Of a DNA stretch of 64,000 bases, positions 62,237 through 64,000 are shown one piece after another. The position numbers were made by a program, and so were the translations under genes. The first letter of the stretch is position 1; every line of letters begins with the position of its first letter. This DNA comes from Ptychomitrium polyphyllum (taxonomy: Eukaryota), in contig OZ316775.1 in the NCBI GenBank assembly GCA_973851085.1, forward strand, positions 4,154,001 through 4,218,000, read 5' to 3'. The notes under the pieces are model-generated. The model was not told the origin of the DNA and did not search any database. It was given only the letters and a program-made list of their open reading frames with translations.

Positions 62237-62956
62237 CTGAGTCAGTCTTTCCGACTTTCCATCACCCAGCCATAATGCAACGGATCCTCAAGCTTGATGA
62301 AAATTTAACTCCAAAATCAAAAAAATCTCAGACGTGGTGTTGGAAGATACCGGTGTTGCTAATGAACCACAACACTACACAGAAGTTCAACAACTGATGC
62401 TATACGTCATCAAAAACTCACCTGAACAGAGAAATGCTTGTTGAATCGATTGCAGGTCACTGACCGGGTGCATTAAGTAAACCTTACTTTAACAAGACTC
62501 AAAAAGAAAAACCTAACGCAACAAAATCAAAGGAGAAGCTTACAGACTTACCGAAATCAAACGAAAATGTATGATGTCCAAGTACAGAGTCCACGAATTA
62601 CACATCCACCATAGCCTTCAAGCCGTAACTCACAAAATGCAAGCAATGGATCACAACATAAATCATTTTAAAACTGACAATCGCATAGTCACATGAGCTC
62701 AATCTAGTTCTACACAACAAGAACATTGACACAAAGACCGGTTCTTGGACAAATGCAAATTTGTGTCTACTTCCGAAGACCATTAAATTGTTCAAGTCAT
62801 GTTGTCAAATGTACAAGGCCAATATCTCTGCAGTCGGATACCAGGCGAGAGTAAAAACCTACACAATTGCCTACCTGATCGATGAGATCAACAAGCAGCT
62901 AACCTCTATAGTAATCTCTACACATATTGCTACAAAAACCTCGCTCGATTGCAACA

Positions 62957-63673
62957 TCATGACTTCCTCGATCTCCGAGAAGTCGAGAATGTCAACCCCG
63001 AGAAGAAGCCACTGAAGAAATTCGACGACGCCTTCTTGGGCTTCCGGAAGATGGACTCGAGGACCTTGTGCCTATTTGACATGGACGACGCTATGTCGCC
63101 GTGCCATGAGTGGGGCATGTCCTTCGAGATCGTGCGATCACGGGAAGAATTCGATGTTGGCATCTCGGTCTCCTCCCAAAGTGCCAGGCTCTCCATACGA
63201 TCTTCTTTCTCCAGCTCGCGACGGAAGCTGTGGCCCATAGCGAAACTATCGCTGAGCGTGTTCGAGGTCTTGTCGAGAGTGGGCTCGACATGGAACTTCT
63301 TCCGAAGCTCCCTACGCAGGCCGATATCCGAGCAGCACGCGGTGGAGTGACGAGCGGGCACATAGTCGGCGCTGGAGCGCAGGGCGAAGTCCGCCAGGGA
63401 GATGTCGTCGTCCGAGGACATGGTGTTGCTTGTGCACGTTGTGGCCGTGAACACCGAGATGGTGTCGTCCTCGGAGATGGTGTCAGTTGCCATGGCCATG
63501 CCCACGGTGTTGACGCGCTCGAGCTCTGGAGATTCCAGTGAGCTAGACTTGGCCACGGGTTGCACTCGCGCTGTGGTGCTGAAGCGGCGCCCCAAGTTGG
63601 CGTAGCGGAATGGGGTGGACTTCGCGGTGGTGGTGGACGTCTCGCCTGGGAAGGTTAATTTGTAAACGCCCAT
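62957..63673 (-). CDS. Intronless hypothetical Ser/Thr-rich protein, 238 aa
   Basis: GC-rich open frame from ATG at 63673 (context ACCAAGATGG) to TGA at 62957, with GC-ending codon bias. A TATA-like TATAAGA lies at about 63929 upstream. No domain recognised. Confidence 0.65.
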   Translation of the reverse strand: MGVYKLTFPGETSTTTAKSTPFRYANLGRRFSTTARVQPVAKSSSLESPELERVNTVGMAMATDTISEDDTISVFTATTCTSNTMSSDDDISLADFALRSSADYVPARHSTACCSDIGLRRELRKKFHVEPTLDKTSNTLSDSFAMGHSFRRELEKEDRMESLALWEETEMPTSNSSRDRTISKDMPHSWHGDIASSMSNRHKVLESIFRKPKKASSNFFSGFFSGLTFSTSRRSRKS

Positions 63674-64000
63674 CTTGGTGGTGGCAGCGGATGACTCCCG
63701 AGATGAATCTGTCTGTCTTACTAACACTCTGCCCGGCACCTACACTCGAGCTACAAAACCTGCCTCTTGGCAATACTCTCCTGGCAATTCGATCGCAAAT
63801 CACTAACACGTAACACATTCAGCAGAATCTGCAAACGACACTCACAAGAAACACCGCAAGAGCGAACCTACACTGCTCGCAGCTCCTCATCTTGTTCCGC
63901 CTGGACCAATACGGCAATGCAATCTTATAATTACTAAACCTGCTGCCTTGAGGTGTGACCCTGCAAATGATTCTAAAGCTGTACCCTCGCAGTAACGTCC

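Noticed and set aside
62949..63813. Plus-strand and alternative-frame ORFs over the last gene (likewise those antisense to the kinase, TNL and pol)
   Set aside because: Shadow frames of a coding strand with biased codon usage.

Overview
Eukaryotic plant genomic DNA. GT-AG introns, the gene families and the LTR-retrotransposon types point to a moss such as Physcomitrium patens, which is an inference and was not checked against a database. Genes: the 3' part of a non-RD SD-2-type receptor-like kinase (1-1608, +), a GNAT-acetyltransferase + tandem-BRCT gene (BCP2/At2g41450-like, 4983-10229, +), a pectin methylesterase pseudogene (12.2-13.2 kb, -), an apparently intact 5-exon TIR-NB-ARC-LRR immune receptor (37074-41223, +), a MAM33-like fragment, a decayed multi-exon gene of unknown family and an orphan single-exon ORF (62957-63673, -). 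More than half of the window lies in two stacks of nested Ty3/Gypsy retrotransposons (about 13.9-33.5 kb and 43.5-55 kb). Their insertion order can be rebuilt from target-site duplications (TSDs). I use working names for three LTR families. A is a 1145-bp LTR with a tRNA-Met PBS and 5-bp TSD, present as one full-length chromovirus and four solo LTRs. B is a 380-570-bp LTR with 30-bp repeats and an apparently Tf1-like self-priming PBS. C is a 1.5-1.6-kb TG..CA unit with a 4-bp TSD. All alignments and exon boundaries were read by eye.
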